Below the pieces are notes generated by a model. That model was given only the letters and a program-made list of their open reading frames with translations, was not told the DNA's origin and searched no databases. Positions 30,137-41,300 of a stretch of DNA of 60,075 nt are shown piece by piece. Position 1 is the stretch's first letter, and each line of letters begins with the position of its first letter. Both the position numbers and the translations under genes were made by a program. Location of the stretch: the NCBI GenBank assembly GCA_040220235.1, contig JAVJTO010000029.1; one strand, given 5' to 3'. The stretch is from Coleofasciculus sp. B1-GNL1-01. Its GTDB lineage: Bacteria > Cyanobacteriota > Cyanobacteriia > Cyanobacteriales > Coleofasciculaceae.

Positions 30137-30469
30137 TTACAGGATAAAACAAGTAACCAATCGCGGAAAATCTTCCTCATCGCGAACGAGCCAAACACTG
30201 CGAACCATTGCCTGTTTGTCCTCTCTAACCATCAAAAAATCTACTTTATACTTTTGCCCGTATGGATTGCGTTTATCGAGAACGGTATCGGTCGTTTGGA
30301 TAGCTTGCATCAGTGCGGCTCTTAACTCATCAGCATCATTAATTCCAATCCCTAAAGCCGATTGAAAAACCCGCGCTTTGTGTTGACCATCTGAATGTCT
30401 CGGATTGAGACAGTAACCTGATAGTTTTTCCTCATCAATAATAGCTTGTTCGGGATGGGGAAGTTTCAT
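30137..30469 (-). CDS. DUF6883-like protein
   Basis: MKLP..E.A.I...KL..YCLN..H..G.HKA.VF...LG...YG.KY...W......PRL.T. Confidence 0.8.
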   Translation of the reverse strand: MKLPHPEQAIIDEEKLSGYCLNPRHSDGQHKARVFQSALGIGINDADELRAALMQAIQTTDTVLDKRNPYGQKYKVDFLMVREDKQAMVRSVWLVRDEEDFPRLVTCFIL

Positions 30470-30670
30470 ATAGCAATAGGCTAACGCATCAAGTGCTGTT
30501 TCAATCTCCTTTGGAGATCTAATGTATTTGGAACCCTTACCCGATCGCGGGGACAAAGAGCGATCGCGACTTCTCTTCAGTTTAGCTTTTTCGCCGGAAT
30601 CTGAATTGAACATCACACAGGACTAACATTGCCTTTCCGTTACAGATGAGGTACACCCAAAAGAAAGAGC

Positions 30671-30796
30671 GTCAAGAATTGCTCTCATCCTTGCCGTAGT
30701 GCGTTTAGCGAAGCCATGCCGCAGGCTTTGCATCTTGCTCGCTACATTGAGCATCTTGCTCGCTACCCATTCCCAATTTAAATGCGTGACAGCTTA
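30671..30796. mobile_element. TAAGCTGT-family MITE (partial, with internal duplication)
   Basis: Ends in TTTAAATGCGTGACAGCTTA; GCATCTTGCTCGCTAC is duplicated. Confidence 0.85.
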
Positions 30797-30805
30797 GGGG
30801 ATGCT

Positions 30806-30900
30806 TACAGCGCTTTTCACGTTTATGGAATACAAAATTGTATCGGCTTGCTTTTGGGCGCAATGATCGTCTGTAGTCTACTAACTTGAAAACTGCTGTA
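30806..30900. mobile_element. TA-flanked MITE-like element (TACAGC...GCTGTA)
   Basis: Imperfect terminal inverted repeats TACAGCGCTTTTCA / TGAAAACTGCTGTA. Confidence 0.55.
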
Positions 30901-30941
30901 AATATCAGATGGGAAAGCTCTGTTTTCGGCTGGAGAGAACT

Positions 30942-31907
30942 TCAGGTTAACGCGGGTTCACTGGACTGATAAATATGAGCCGCTTTGAGCATGTGATAGG
31001 TAATCAATAGTTGGGTTAATGCTAAGGGATAACTCTGGAGTGTTTCCCCTGTGGTTCCCGTCACCTTACCAATATTAGGATCACCTTCTAATGTGCAGTA
31101 TTTACCCAAGTAAGGAATTTCGCTACATAAAATCCGTTCTAATTCCCGTACCTGTTCCTCCGTCGCATGACCATCAACTTCCAGAACATCTACAGGTTTA
31201 CCCATATCTCGGTCTAATTCGAGACGAATAGCTGTACTCAGATGGGATTTGCTAGGACTCAGGAGTCGAGTAAAATCTGGATGGGGAATTGTCGGTCTGA
31301 GGACTAACCGCACATTCAGCATTAAATCACTCTGTTCCTCCGATAGTTCGTCAGGAGGGTAGAAGCTAACCACAATATCTGACCACTTACGCTGGGGACG
31401 GATAAATTCCTCCGAATCCGGTTCCCGTTTTCTCAACTGTTCGAGTACCTGTTCATCCGTATACCCTCGCTTGCGCGTATCCCGCTTAACTTTCCACTCA
31501 CTCCGCAGTGATTCTGGAGGGGCTAAAAAGACCTTGACATCGAAGCACTCACGCGCTAAGCGAGTAGAATAGCCGAGTAATCCTTCAACAATCACAAATC
31601 GGCGGGGTTGAATATACTCTGGGGGGTCAAAGGTACCCGTGTTGTGGTTGTAAATAGGTTTGAGAATCGATTGTCCCGTTCGCAGCAAACCCAGATGCTG
31701 CTGCATGATATCTAGATAGTTACAGTCAGGATGAAGGGCTGAAATGGCTTTTTGCGCCCGTTGCTGGCGATCATAGCGGTGGTAATCATCGGTACAGAGG
31801 ATTGTGACTTCATCTTCGCCCAAGATTTGAGCAATTCCTCGTGTTAGCGTTGTTTTACCAGCAGCGCTATCACCGACAATACCGAGGATAATAGGGCGAT
31901 GAGTCAT
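30942..31907 (-). CDS. prk: Phosphoribulokinase-family protein
   Basis: GDSAAGKTT, DDYH.YDR, KPIYNH..G.FD.PE, KVKRD...RG, PQR. Confidence 0.85.
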   Translation of the reverse strand: MTHRPIILGIVGDSAAGKTTLTRGIAQILGEDEVTILCTDDYHRYDRQQRAQKAISALHPDCNYLDIMQQHLGLLRTGQSILKPIYNHNTGTFDPPEYIQPRRFVIVEGLLGYSTRLARECFDVKVFLAPPESLRSEWKVKRDTRKRGYTDEQVLEQLRKREPDSEEFIRPQRKWSDIVVSFYPPDELSEEQSDLMLNVRLVLRPTIPHPDFTRLLSPSKSHLSTAIRLELDRDMGKPVDVLEVDGHATEEQVRELERILCSEIPYLGKYCTLEGDPNIGKVTGTTGETLQSYPLALTQLLITYHMLKAAHIYQSSEPALT

Positions 31908-32077
31908 AGGTCTTCGATGATTACTAAATTTAGGGAACTCCTGATTCGTATAATTTTAGGTGGGAAGGGGATATTTGTCATTCGTCCTTTGTCCTTTGTC
32001 ATTTGCTCCCTTAGCTTCCCCAGCTTCCAGACGTGCCATGGCACGTCTCTACATTGCTTCCCCAGCTTCCCTAAACC

Positions 32078-32428
32078 TCATCCAGCCATCTGGCTAGCGA
32101 TATCATCCGTCTTTGCCGCCATGATAAAGTCGTTTTTGTGTAAGCCGGAGATGGCATGAGTCCACCAGGTTACAGTGACTTTACCATATTCGGTTAAAAT
32201 AGCGGGGTGATGTCCTTGTTCTTCGGCGATTTCACCCACACGGTTGGTAAAGGCGATCGCTTGTTTGAAATCGGGAAATTCATAAGACCGTTCTAAGTGG
32301 GCTTCCCCTTCTGGCTGAATTAGGTTCCAGTCGGGGATTTCCGGTTTCAGTTGGGCGATCTCCTCTTGGCTAACGGGGGATGAATTCTTGGTGCAAGCTT
32401 CGCATTTTTGTTGGTTTAATTGAGCCAT
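32078..32428 (-). CDS. Pterin-4-alpha-carbinolamine dehydratase
   Basis: CEAC, E.QGHHP, WWTH...GLH.NDFIMAA. Confidence 0.93.
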   Translation of the reverse strand: MAQLNQQKCEACTKNSSPVSQEEIAQLKPEIPDWNLIQPEGEAHLERSYEFPDFKQAIAFTNRVGEIAEEQGHHPAILTEYGKVTVTWWTHAISGLHKNDFIMAAKTDDIASQMAG

Positions 32429-32527
32429 CGTGATTATCCTTGTTACTGCCATCACTTTCACCTTGTCTATATAAATGTTATGCGATCACACAAGCTTTCA
32501 ATCCGATATCCGATAAAAGAATAAAAA

Positions 32528-33163
32528 TTAAGTCAAATCTCGTCTAATTTGGGCGATCGCAGAATTTAACCCTTCACTGTGAATCCAACCCACATATCCC
32601 CCATAAACCATGCTGTCATGACTATCCGCCACAAAAACATGGTCAACACCTAAGGGATTTTTCCAGGTTCTCACTGCTGCACCATCCCTGAGTCGAATAA
32701 TAGGATTAGACTGCTTGAAATCGCGGTGATGTGCAGGAGTCATACCCGGAACCCGTTCTAAAATTGCGATCGCGTCTTGAGTTGCATCTGTTAAGTAAGC
32801 ATTCACTACAGTATCACAACCACACCCATCCGTTACCGTCGCTTTTAACCTATCCTTAATATCCCCATCAAATAGGGAAAGCGCCTCAATCTCTTCAATC
32901 AACTTCCCATGAGGTTCACTCTGACGCCGCTGACAATAAACTGCTGTAAGTAAATCCTCAAGCCCCACCTCAGCTAACGCATCCGTAATCAATCCCGTCA
33001 ATCCCAAAACCGCAATTCCACCTAACATTCCCGCCGGACCCCCCAGCAATGCTAAAGCCGCCGTGATAGCCGCCGCCCCTGTCAACCCTGTAGCCGCCAT
33101 CGTCACCACCAAAATTACCCCAGGTAATCCCAACGCGGCAATTTTTTTAACAACTTCATCCAT
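32528..33163 (-). CDS. Hypothetical protein with Gly/Ala-rich hydrophobic N-terminus
   Basis: GLTGAAAITAALALLGGPAGMLGGI glycine-zipper-like segment followed by a soluble domain. Confidence 0.75.
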   Translation of the reverse strand: MDEVVKKIAALGLPGVILVVTMAATGLTGAAAITAALALLGGPAGMLGGIAVLGLTGLITDALAEVGLEDLLTAVYCQRRQSEPHGKLIEEIEALSLFDGDIKDRLKATVTDGCGCDTVVNAYLTDATQDAIAILERVPGMTPAHHRDFKQSNPIIRLRDGAAVRTWKNPLGVDHVFVADSHDSMVYGGYVGWIHSEGLNSAIAQIRRDLT

Positions 33164-33417
33164 TTTTATCCCCTCCGTTATCACAGAAACGAAAAATGTT
33201 TAGCTTTTTTTTATCAAGTTTAACCTGTCTCTATAACTCGGCTCAGACTTATAAACTTTAATGTATAAAACTATACACAATAGGTTTAGGCGATCGCATG
33301 AAAGCTTGAGCCAATTCCGCCATGAAGTTGACCAGACACCTTCTCATCACTTAAGATTATTGCCGATGCTATATTATCTCAGTTATAATAAAATCACCTA
33401 TATATTAAATAATTCCC

Positions 33418-33645
33418 ATGCATGATTTATTCAAAAATGCTTTTATACAAGCATTAGGAGTGGCGGCATTAATTTATATTGGTTTTCAACTTCTGGATTG
33501 GGGTATAGATTCCATCCTTCGTATTTTAAGAAGTTTTGATAACTGGTATAGAATCTATGGCTCGAAATGGGCTGAAGAAGTTGCCATCGCTTTTGGTGTG
33601 CTTTATCTGTTGTTTGCGGCGGTAATTAATAGTAGAAGTCGTTAA
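33418..33645 (+). CDS. Small two-TM hypothetical protein
   Basis: 75-aa ATG ORF with two hydrophobic helices. Confidence 0.6.
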   Translation: MHDLFKNAFIQALGVAALIYIGFQLLDWGIDSILRILRSFDNWYRIYGSKWAEEVAIAFGVLYLLFAAVINSRSR

Positions 33646-33711
33646 TAGAGTAAAGGTTTAGAAATAAAAACAATAGATTTTAGGGTTAAAGACGTTTCGC
33701 GCATCGCGTCT

Positions 33712-33935
33712 GTAGGGGCGGGTTTAGGAAATTACGTTTCGCTATTGATGATACAGCTCTTTGCACTGTAATAAAGTACAGTAGATCAAAGTCCCCCTTC
33801 AGATCCCCCTCCCGTCCCCCTTCAAAAGGGGGAAGCCAAAGGATGCTTCGCTTTTTTTGCACGGGGATTTAGGGGGATCGACAATGTACCGCATAGCAGA
33901 GCAAACTACTGTAACGTCAATTCAAAACCCGCCCT
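33712..33935. repeat. Nested repeat: REP pair enclosing a TACAGC-type MITE enclosing a CCCCCTT..AAGGGGG repeat
   Basis: GTAGGGGCGGGTTT...AAACCCGCCC outside; TACAGC...ACTGTA (33752-33913) inside. Confidence 0.6.
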
Positions 33936-33978
33936 GATCATCACCCTTTCACCCCCTCACCCCATCTCCCTTCACGAA

Positions 33979-35268
33979 TTATCCATCCGCCGCACAGCGA
34001 AACCCAGCCAAAATTTGACGCACACTGGGATAATACCAATTACGGAAACTACAGCGCATCGCCCACGGACGAGTTGTCCAGCTACCGCCGCGCAAAACCC
34101 GATGTTCGCCATCAAAATAAGTTTGAGAATAGCCGCGATAGGGATAACTGACAAATCCTTTGTATCCGTCAAACCAACTAGCTGTCCATTCCCAAACATT
34201 CCCCAGCATGTCGTAGCAACCTGATGCACTTTTTCCTTGGGGATAGGCGTTAACCGGAGTGGTGTGTCCTACCGTATTATCGTAGTTACAAACATAAGAT
34301 GTGGGTTCCGTATCACCCCAGGGATAGATGTGACGACATCCCTTTTGTACATCCCAACTTGCCGCTTTTTCCCATTCCGCTTCACTGGGTAATCGCTTGC
34401 CGACAAAATTAGCATAAGCCTCGGCTTCATACCAACTCACCCCATAGACCGGATGATTATCCCAAAAGGGTTCATCTGACCAATAGAGGGGATAGGCGAC
34501 AGGATTATCTTGCAACCATTTCCATCCTTCTATAGACCACCACTGATGATTTTGATATCCTCCCGCTTCAATAAAAGCGCGATACTGTTGACAGGTAATG
34601 GGGTAGCGATCGATCCAGTAGGTATCTAAAAAAACGCGATCGCATGGACGTTCGTTATCCATTGCATCAATCTCATCGCTTCCCATCTCAAACTCACCCG
34701 CCGGAATTTCAATCATCTGTCCTTGATCCGGCGTCTTATCTGCTTGAGGTGCAAAGGATTCAGTCAGAATGAATGACCTAGGTGTGCGTCCAGTTTGGCA
34801 CAGGGTATTACCTTGAGTCGATAGGTGGTGTAATTGCAAAATAAGGGCAATGGTTTCACCATGTTGACTCTCATGCTGGACTAACCATCGCCATAAGCGT
34901 TCTTGGTGATCTAGGGGGGCAATTTCCAGATAATCAAAGACTTGAGTTCTGACGATATCCAGATAATCTTGAATTTCTGCCAAGGACGGTAATTTTTGGC
35001 GATCGCACTTCGGTAAACCATCCGCCGCAAAAAGCCGATGATACTCTGGAAATAGGGGTTTTAAGCCAGCATAGCGTTCTAGAATCCAGTACGCTTCCGT
35101 AAACGCAATATGACCCAAATGCCAACCCACAGGACTAAAATCCGGATGCGCTTGGCGATAAAATCGGGTTTCGTCAATCCCTTCCATTAGCATTAACGTA
35201 CCGATGCGGCATTTTTCCATCTTTTGACGGATGCTTTTTCGACAAGCATGAATTGAAGTAAACGTCAC
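33979..35268 (-). CDS. egtB: EgtB-like sulfoxide synthase (DinB_2 plus FGE-sulfatase domain)
   Basis: SP..WHLGH, HESQHGE (Hx3HxE), RLPSEAEWEKAA, GNVWEW, RGGSW, GFRCA. Confidence 0.8.
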   Translation of the reverse strand: MTFTSIHACRKSIRQKMEKCRIGTLMLMEGIDETRFYRQAHPDFSPVGWHLGHIAFTEAYWILERYAGLKPLFPEYHRLFAADGLPKCDRQKLPSLAEIQDYLDIVRTQVFDYLEIAPLDHQERLWRWLVQHESQHGETIALILQLHHLSTQGNTLCQTGRTPRSFILTESFAPQADKTPDQGQMIEIPAGEFEMGSDEIDAMDNERPCDRVFLDTYWIDRYPITCQQYRAFIEAGGYQNHQWWSIEGWKWLQDNPVAYPLYWSDEPFWDNHPVYGVSWYEAEAYANFVGKRLPSEAEWEKAASWDVQKGCRHIYPWGDTEPTSYVCNYDNTVGHTTPVNAYPQGKSASGCYDMLGNVWEWTASWFDGYKGFVSYPYRGYSQTYFDGEHRVLRGGSWTTRPWAMRCSFRNWYYPSVRQILAGFRCAADG

Positions 35269-35376
35269 AATTTTCTCCCCCTCAACTGGACGAGTTTTGG
35301 CACAACTTTTCTAGTGTCCAGTGAATCGGGTTCACAAGCAAGAGTCGTAGGGAGTACATCAACATTAATGGAGACA

Positions 35377-35442
35377 TATAGCGCTATGCGCTAGGCAATG
35401 GGCAATGGGCAATGGGCAATGGGCAATGGGCAATAGTGAAGA
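35377..35442 (+). repeat. TATAGCGCTA-led GGGCAAT heptamer array
   Basis: Same leader and array type at 22977 and 54129. Confidence 0.75.
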
Positions 35443-35463
35443 AAAAAGTTCTATAAATATCGC

Positions 35464-35497
35464 AAAAAAAAGTGGCACATCAACTAACGTGCCACTT
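35464..35497 (-). terminator. Intrinsic terminator after ndhH
   Basis: AAGTGGCAC...GTGCCACTT followed by a T-run on the minus strand. Confidence 0.7.
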
Positions 35498-35505
35498 CCT
35501 CCCAG

Positions 35506-35608
35506 TAAGCTGTTCGGCATTTAAACCTTAATATCAAGAATCATGAAATCCTTGTAGTGCGAGCATCTTGCTCGCTATTAATACCCAATTTAAATGCATG
35601 ACAGCTTA
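35506..35608. mobile_element. TAAGCTGT-family MITE (complete, short form)
   Basis: TIRs TAAGCTGTTCGGCATTTAAA / TTTAAATGCATGACAGCTTA. Confidence 0.9.
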
Positions 35609-35620
35609 TCTATAACTTAA

Positions 35621-36805
35621 TCAGCGGTCTACTGAACCCATGATTACGTCAACACTACCGAGAATCGCCATAATATCTGCTACCTTGACTCCCCGCAAAA
35701 TATGGGGTACAATTTGCAAATTGTTGAAATCCGGTGGACGAATCTTCCAACGCCAAGGAAAGATATTATCATCCCCGATAATGAAAATTCCCAATTCTCC
35801 CTTTCCACTTTCCAAGCGAACATAATGTTCACCCTGGGGAATCTTAAAGGTTGGCGGAATTCTCTTACCACTAAACTGATAATCAAAATCATTCCACTTA
35901 GACTTCTTTCCTTCCGCCATGCGTTTGGCTTCCAGATTTTCGTAAGGACCACCAGGTAATCCTTTTAATGCTTGACGAATAATTTTCAGGGATTCCCGCA
36001 TTTCCCGAATCCGCACTAAATATCGGGCGAGACAATCCCCAGCGGTTTCCCAGTGGATGTCCCAATCAAAGTCGTCGTAACATTCGTAGTGGTCAACTTT
36101 CCGCAAGTCCCACTTCACGCCAGACCCCCGCAACATTGGACCTGAAAGTCCCCAGTTAATTGCTTCGTCACGGGTAATCGTACCCACCCCTTCAACACGA
36201 CGGCGGAAAATAGGGTTGTTGGTAATTAAGCGTTCGTATTCATCGACTTTAGGGGCGAAGTAATCACAAAAGTCTTCACATTTGTCAACCCACCCATAAG
36301 GAATATCAACCGCTACTCCACCAATACGGAAGTAATTATTATTAATCAGGCGTTGTCCGCTGGCGGCTTCCCACAAGTCGTAAATTAATTCCCGTTCCCG
36401 GAAGATGTAGAAGAAAGGCGTTTGCGCCCCCACATCAGCCAGAAAGGGTCCTAACCACAACAGGTGATTGGCGATGCGATTCAACTCCAGCATAATCACG
36501 CGGATATAGCTGGCGCGTTTGGGTACCTCAATATCCGCTAACTTTTCCGGGGCGTTAACGGTAATCGCTTCGTTAAACATGCCCGCTGCATAGTCCCACC
36601 GACTCACATAGGGGACATACATAATATTCGTGCGGTTCTCGGCTATTTTCTCCATACCGCGATGCAGGTAGCCGATAACCGGTTCACAATCAATCACATC
36701 CTCCCCGTCTAAAGTGACGATTAAGCGGAGAACGCCGTGCATGGACGGATGGTGAGGACCCAAGTTGAGAACCATTGGGTCGGTTCTAGTTTCGATTTGT
36801 GCCAT
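35621..36805 (-). CDS. ndhH: NAD(P)H-quinone oxidoreductase subunit H
   Basis: [23 protein letters not shown]-terminal GSVDR. Confidence 0.99.
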   Translation of the reverse strand: MAQIETRTDPMVLNLGPHHPSMHGVLRLIVTLDGEDVIDCEPVIGYLHRGMEKIAENRTNIMYVPYVSRWDYAAGMFNEAITVNAPEKLADIEVPKRASYIRVIMLELNRIANHLLWLGPFLADVGAQTPFFYIFRERELIYDLWEAASGQRLINNNYFRIGGVAVDIPYGWVDKCEDFCDYFAPKVDEYERLITNNPIFRRRVEGVGTITRDEAINWGLSGPMLRGSGVKWDLRKVDHYECYDDFDWDIHWETAGDCLARYLVRIREMRESLKIIRQALKGLPGGPYENLEAKRMAEGKKSKWNDFDYQFSGKRIPPTFKIPQGEHYVRLESGKGELGIFIIGDDNIFPWRWKIRPPDFNNLQIVPHILRGVKVADIMAILGSVDVIMGSVDR

Positions 36806-37069
36806 AGTGATGTACTGGTTTCCCCAATTTTTAGCGATGACGCTTTAACATAGACATTCAGGTAATCAGGTAATGGTCTAGAACAACGGTACAATAGCAT
36901 CCTGTCCCAGAGAGCGCGATTAGCACAAGTCTTTTTCTGAATATCCCTATTGTCTATTGATTTGGGTCTATCTCTGGATTGAATTTACCAACCCTACCGA
37001 TTGACAGCCTTTATTGCTCATCGCTGATCGCTTTGCTTATGTTTACTTTTGTTGCATCCCTTTAATTAT

Positions 37070-37945
37070 ATGGACTTTGACGCGCAAACAGCGCAGTTTT
37101 TTCATCGTTCAGTCTTAAGTAAGGAATTAATCGCTGGATTGGCGATTCGTCCCGGTGGGCATTATTTGGACGCGACGGTGGGCGGCGGTGGACATAGTGA
37201 GTTAATTCTATCGGCGAGCCTGGAGGTTCGTGTTACGGCGATTGACCAAGATGCCCAAGCGATCGCAGCCGCTCAAACCCGGTTAGCCTCTTATGGCGAT
37301 CGCATCCAATTTTGGCGGGGGAATTTTGTGGACTATCAACCGCCCGATTCGTTATTTGATGGCATTGTTGCTGATTTAGGCGTTAGTTCCGCCCAACTGG
37401 ATATTCCCGATCGCGGCTTTAGTTTTCGCCATCCAGCCCCTCTAGATATGCGGATGGATCAACGCCAATCCTTAACCGCCGCCCAGATTATCAATCACTG
37501 GGATGAAACCCAACTGGCAAACATTATTTATGAGTATGGTGAAGAACGCTTATCCCGGCGGATTGCCCGGGCAATTGTGGAACGTCGCCCCTTTGAGACA
37601 ACCACCCAATTAGCCGAGGCGATCGCGCGATCCGTTCCCAAAAAATACCGTTATGGTAGGATTCACCCCGCCACGCGCACCTTTCAAGCGCTCCGCATTG
37701 CCGTTAATCAAGAATTATCCTCCCTAGAAAAATTTCTCAATTGTGCGCCTAGATGGTTAAAACCAGGCGGCAGAATTGGTATTATTAGTTTTCACAGCTT
37801 GGAAGACCGTCTGGTTAAACACCACTTGCGGGATTCACCAATATTGCGGGTGCTTACCAAAAAACCCATAACTCCACAACCCACGGAACGGGATGAAAAC
37901 CCCCGTGCTCGTTCTGCCAAGTTGAGATTGGCTGAGCGTCTTTGA
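37070..37945 (+). CDS. rsmH: 16S rRNA (cytosine1402-N4)-methyltransferase
   Basis: [49 protein letters not shown]. Confidence 0.97.
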   Translation: MDFDAQTAQFFHRSVLSKELIAGLAIRPGGHYLDATVGGGGHSELILSASLEVRVTAIDQDAQAIAAAQTRLASYGDRIQFWRGNFVDYQPPDSLFDGIVADLGVSSAQLDIPDRGFSFRHPAPLDMRMDQRQSLTAAQIINHWDETQLANIIYEYGEERLSRRIARAIVERRPFETTTQLAEAIARSVPKKYRYGRIHPATRTFQALRIAVNQELSSLEKFLNCAPRWLKPGGRIGIISFHSLEDRLVKHHLRDSPILRVLTKKPITPQPTERDENPRARSAKLRLAERL

Positions 37946-38387
37946 AGGGACAAGAGACTATAGGGCTAGAGTCAGTCAAGTCATCCTATGGGCGCTGGTA
38001 CTGGATTGGGAAAATCAGACTAGAATACTCGCTTTTTCCATGCATAGTATGGCATCTTTGTCAACTATTAAGACAAGGTTAGTGTTCTAAGATACAAACA
38101 GATGGCGACGTAGTTGTCGTCACCAATCTACTGTTCCTTATTATCCCCAAGTTGGTGTCAATAAGCAGATGTTGCTGAAAAATTACTGAATATACCACTC
38201 TGGCGAAGAAATATCAGGGCAGATGCATCGGACAAAACTTAATCTGACATCAGGGAGTTCTCCTTTGAGCCAGTTAACGTGGATATTTGGTGTTATTTCG
38301 TTTTTAAGAAAACATCTGACAAACGTTTGGATCTTCCAAAATAGACTGTTCCTTTTGTTGATGACTCACGCTTGCCCTAAATGAATT

Positions 38388-41300
38388 ATGAGGGAAATTG
38401 TAATCGGGAGCCTCAGGGTGTCCCTAATGATGCCTATTCTTGGTTATTTGTGGTGGATCGGCTCAAAATCACAGATTGAACGAAAACCGGGCTGGTTCTA
38501 TATGCTGGCGGGTTACGGCTTAATTTGTCTGGATGGGTTTATGGATTTAGTTAACCGTACTTTTGGTTTGACCACCCTAAACCTGAATCTAATCGATACG
38601 CCGATTCCAATGACACTGGTCTATCTGCTGGGATTTGCACTGCTGTTGATCGGCTTATGGCAATGGTTACCGTTTGTTGCCAAGGTCAAGAAGCTAGACA
38701 TTTTGTCCCCTTCATACTCTAACTCGGAAGAATATTATACTTGCAAACTTTACGCTAAAGGCAGCGCGATCGCCCAGTCGGATGAACTGAAGCAAGAGAT
38801 AGCAAACTGTCTACACACTAACGCCGAACTGCAACAGCAAGAAGAACAATTTCGGGCGATTACCCAAGCCTTTCCTGTACCTGTCGCGATCGCACGAGTC
38901 TCTGATGGCACGATTGTCTACGGTAATTCCCATGCGAACATACTGTTTGGTGTCGCTACCTCCGAGTTAATCGGTGGCTCAATGCCCGATTTTTATGAAA
39001 ATCCTGCCGACTGGCAAAGACTGTTAGCCACATTAGACCAAAATGGTATTGTCCAGAATGAGGAACTTTGCGTTCATACAATTAATGGCACGCCGTTGTG
39101 GGTAACAGTTTCCATGCAGGTGTTGACCTTCAATCAGGAAAAAGCAATTCTGAGTGTATTCCATGATATCAGCGATACCTACCAGCAACTTACCCAATAT
39201 CAGCAAACAGAAGCCGTTCTCAAAGACAGTGAAGCTTGCTATCGGACGTTGGTCGAACAATCTCCCAACGCGATCGCTCTCGAACATCAGGGAACCCTGG
39301 TTTATATCAATCCTAAAGGGGTCAAATTACTGGGAGCCATTAGTCAAAGCCAACTTATCGGTAAACCTTGGTCAGACTTTAACTCTCAGGATCAGGAAAA
39401 TCAGAGAAATAGGCAAGATCACCGAGTTGTTGGTTCTGAGCATACAGAGAAATTCTCTGATCACAAACGAAGGTCGAATCCACCTCACACCCTAACCTTA
39501 CCCACAAAATTTATTCCCGAACAACTGGTACAGTTAGATGGTCAGATCATTGATGTGGAAATTGCCCGTTTACCTGCCATTTATCAAGGTCAAGAGGCAA
39601 CCCAACTGGTGATTCGAGAGGTTACCCATCCAGAACAGCCAGACCGAGAACTGAGAGTACGAGCGCGTCAGCAAGCAACTATCGCTAAATTGAGCCAACG
39701 GGCGCTTTCGGGGCTGGATTTAAATACCCTGATGAACGAAGCGGTGAGTACGATTGCTCAAACCTTAGAGGTTGAGTATTGCAAAGTGTTAGAACTCCTA
39801 CCCAATGGTAATGTGTTTTTACTCAAAGCGGGTGTGGGTTGGTCGCCGGGATTAGTTGGGTATGCTTTAGTCGGTGCGAACAGGAATTCCCAGGCGGGTT
39901 ATAATCTGATATCTCAAGAACCTGTCGTGGTGGAAGATCTACCGATTGATACTCGCTTTAGTGGACCCCCTCTGCTCTACAATCATCGCGTAGTCAGTGG
40001 TGTGAGTGTGGTGATTCCGGGTCAGGAGCAACCCTTTGGAGTTTTAGGGGCGCATACCACCAGCCAGCGCCGTTTTAGTGAAGATGACATTCACTTTCTC
40101 CAGGCGGTTGCCAATGTTTTAGCCTTGGCGATTGGACATAAGCAGTCAGAGGCGAATCTCTATCTAATGCAGCGAGCGATCGCGGCGAGTAATAATGGGG
40201 TGATTATTACTGATCCGAATCAACCGGATAACCCAGTTATTTATGTTAACCCTGCCTTCGAGTCAATGACCGGTTATACCGCACAGGAGGTAATTGGACA
40301 TAATTGTCGTTTCTGGCAAGAACCTGATTACAATCAAGCCGGGGTGAGTAAGTTAGCGACAGCGATTCAAGAGCAACGAGAGTGCCATGTCATTTTACAG
40401 AACTATCGTAAGGATGGCAGTCTTTTCTGGAATGAACTCTATGTTTCGCCCGTCTTTGATGGGGATGGCTATTTAACCCACTTTGTCGGGATTCAAACCG
40501 ATATTACTAAACGGAAGCAGGCAGAGGAAGCCCTGCGACAGAGTGAGGAAAAGCTGGAGAGTATTCTCAGGTCTCTAGACGATGTAGTCTGGTCAGCGTC
40601 CCTGGAGACTCAACAGTTTATTTACCTGAATCCAGCGACAGAACGGGTTTATGGTCGCCCAATATCCGACTTTGTGGATTGTCCCAGTCTCTGGGAGTTA
40701 GTCGTTCATCCTGATGATCGCCAACGGGTGGAGATAGCATCTCAAACGATGATGCACCAGGGGAGTAAAGATATAGAATATAGGGTTGTACGACCGGATG
40801 GCGAAGTGCGTTGGCTACGCGATCGCGCCCGCCTAATTTACGATCACAGAGGTACTGCCATTCGTATGGATGGAATTGCTACCGATACGACCAAACGCAA
40901 ACAGGCAGAGGCGGCTTTACTCAAAAGTGAGGAGCAGTTTCGTCTCACCTTTGAACTGGCTCCCATTGGCATGGCAATGACCTCCCTTGAGGGTCAATTC
41001 CTCAAGGTCAATCAGGCATTGTGTGACGCCTTGGGGTATACGGCTCAAGAACTGTTGGCTCTCACGTTTACCGAAATTAGCCACCCGACTGAACGGGCAC
41101 TCCACTTTACCCAACACCAATCCTTGTTGCAGGGGGAACTCTCTCATTTGCAAACTGAACGGCGATTTATATCAAAATCTGGCAGGATTGTCAATGCTAT
41201 TTTGAAAGTTGTGTTGGTCAGAGACGCTCAAGGTCAACCCCTACACTACATTAGTCAGGTGGTGGATATTAGCGATCGCAAACGCATGGAGGAACAGTTA

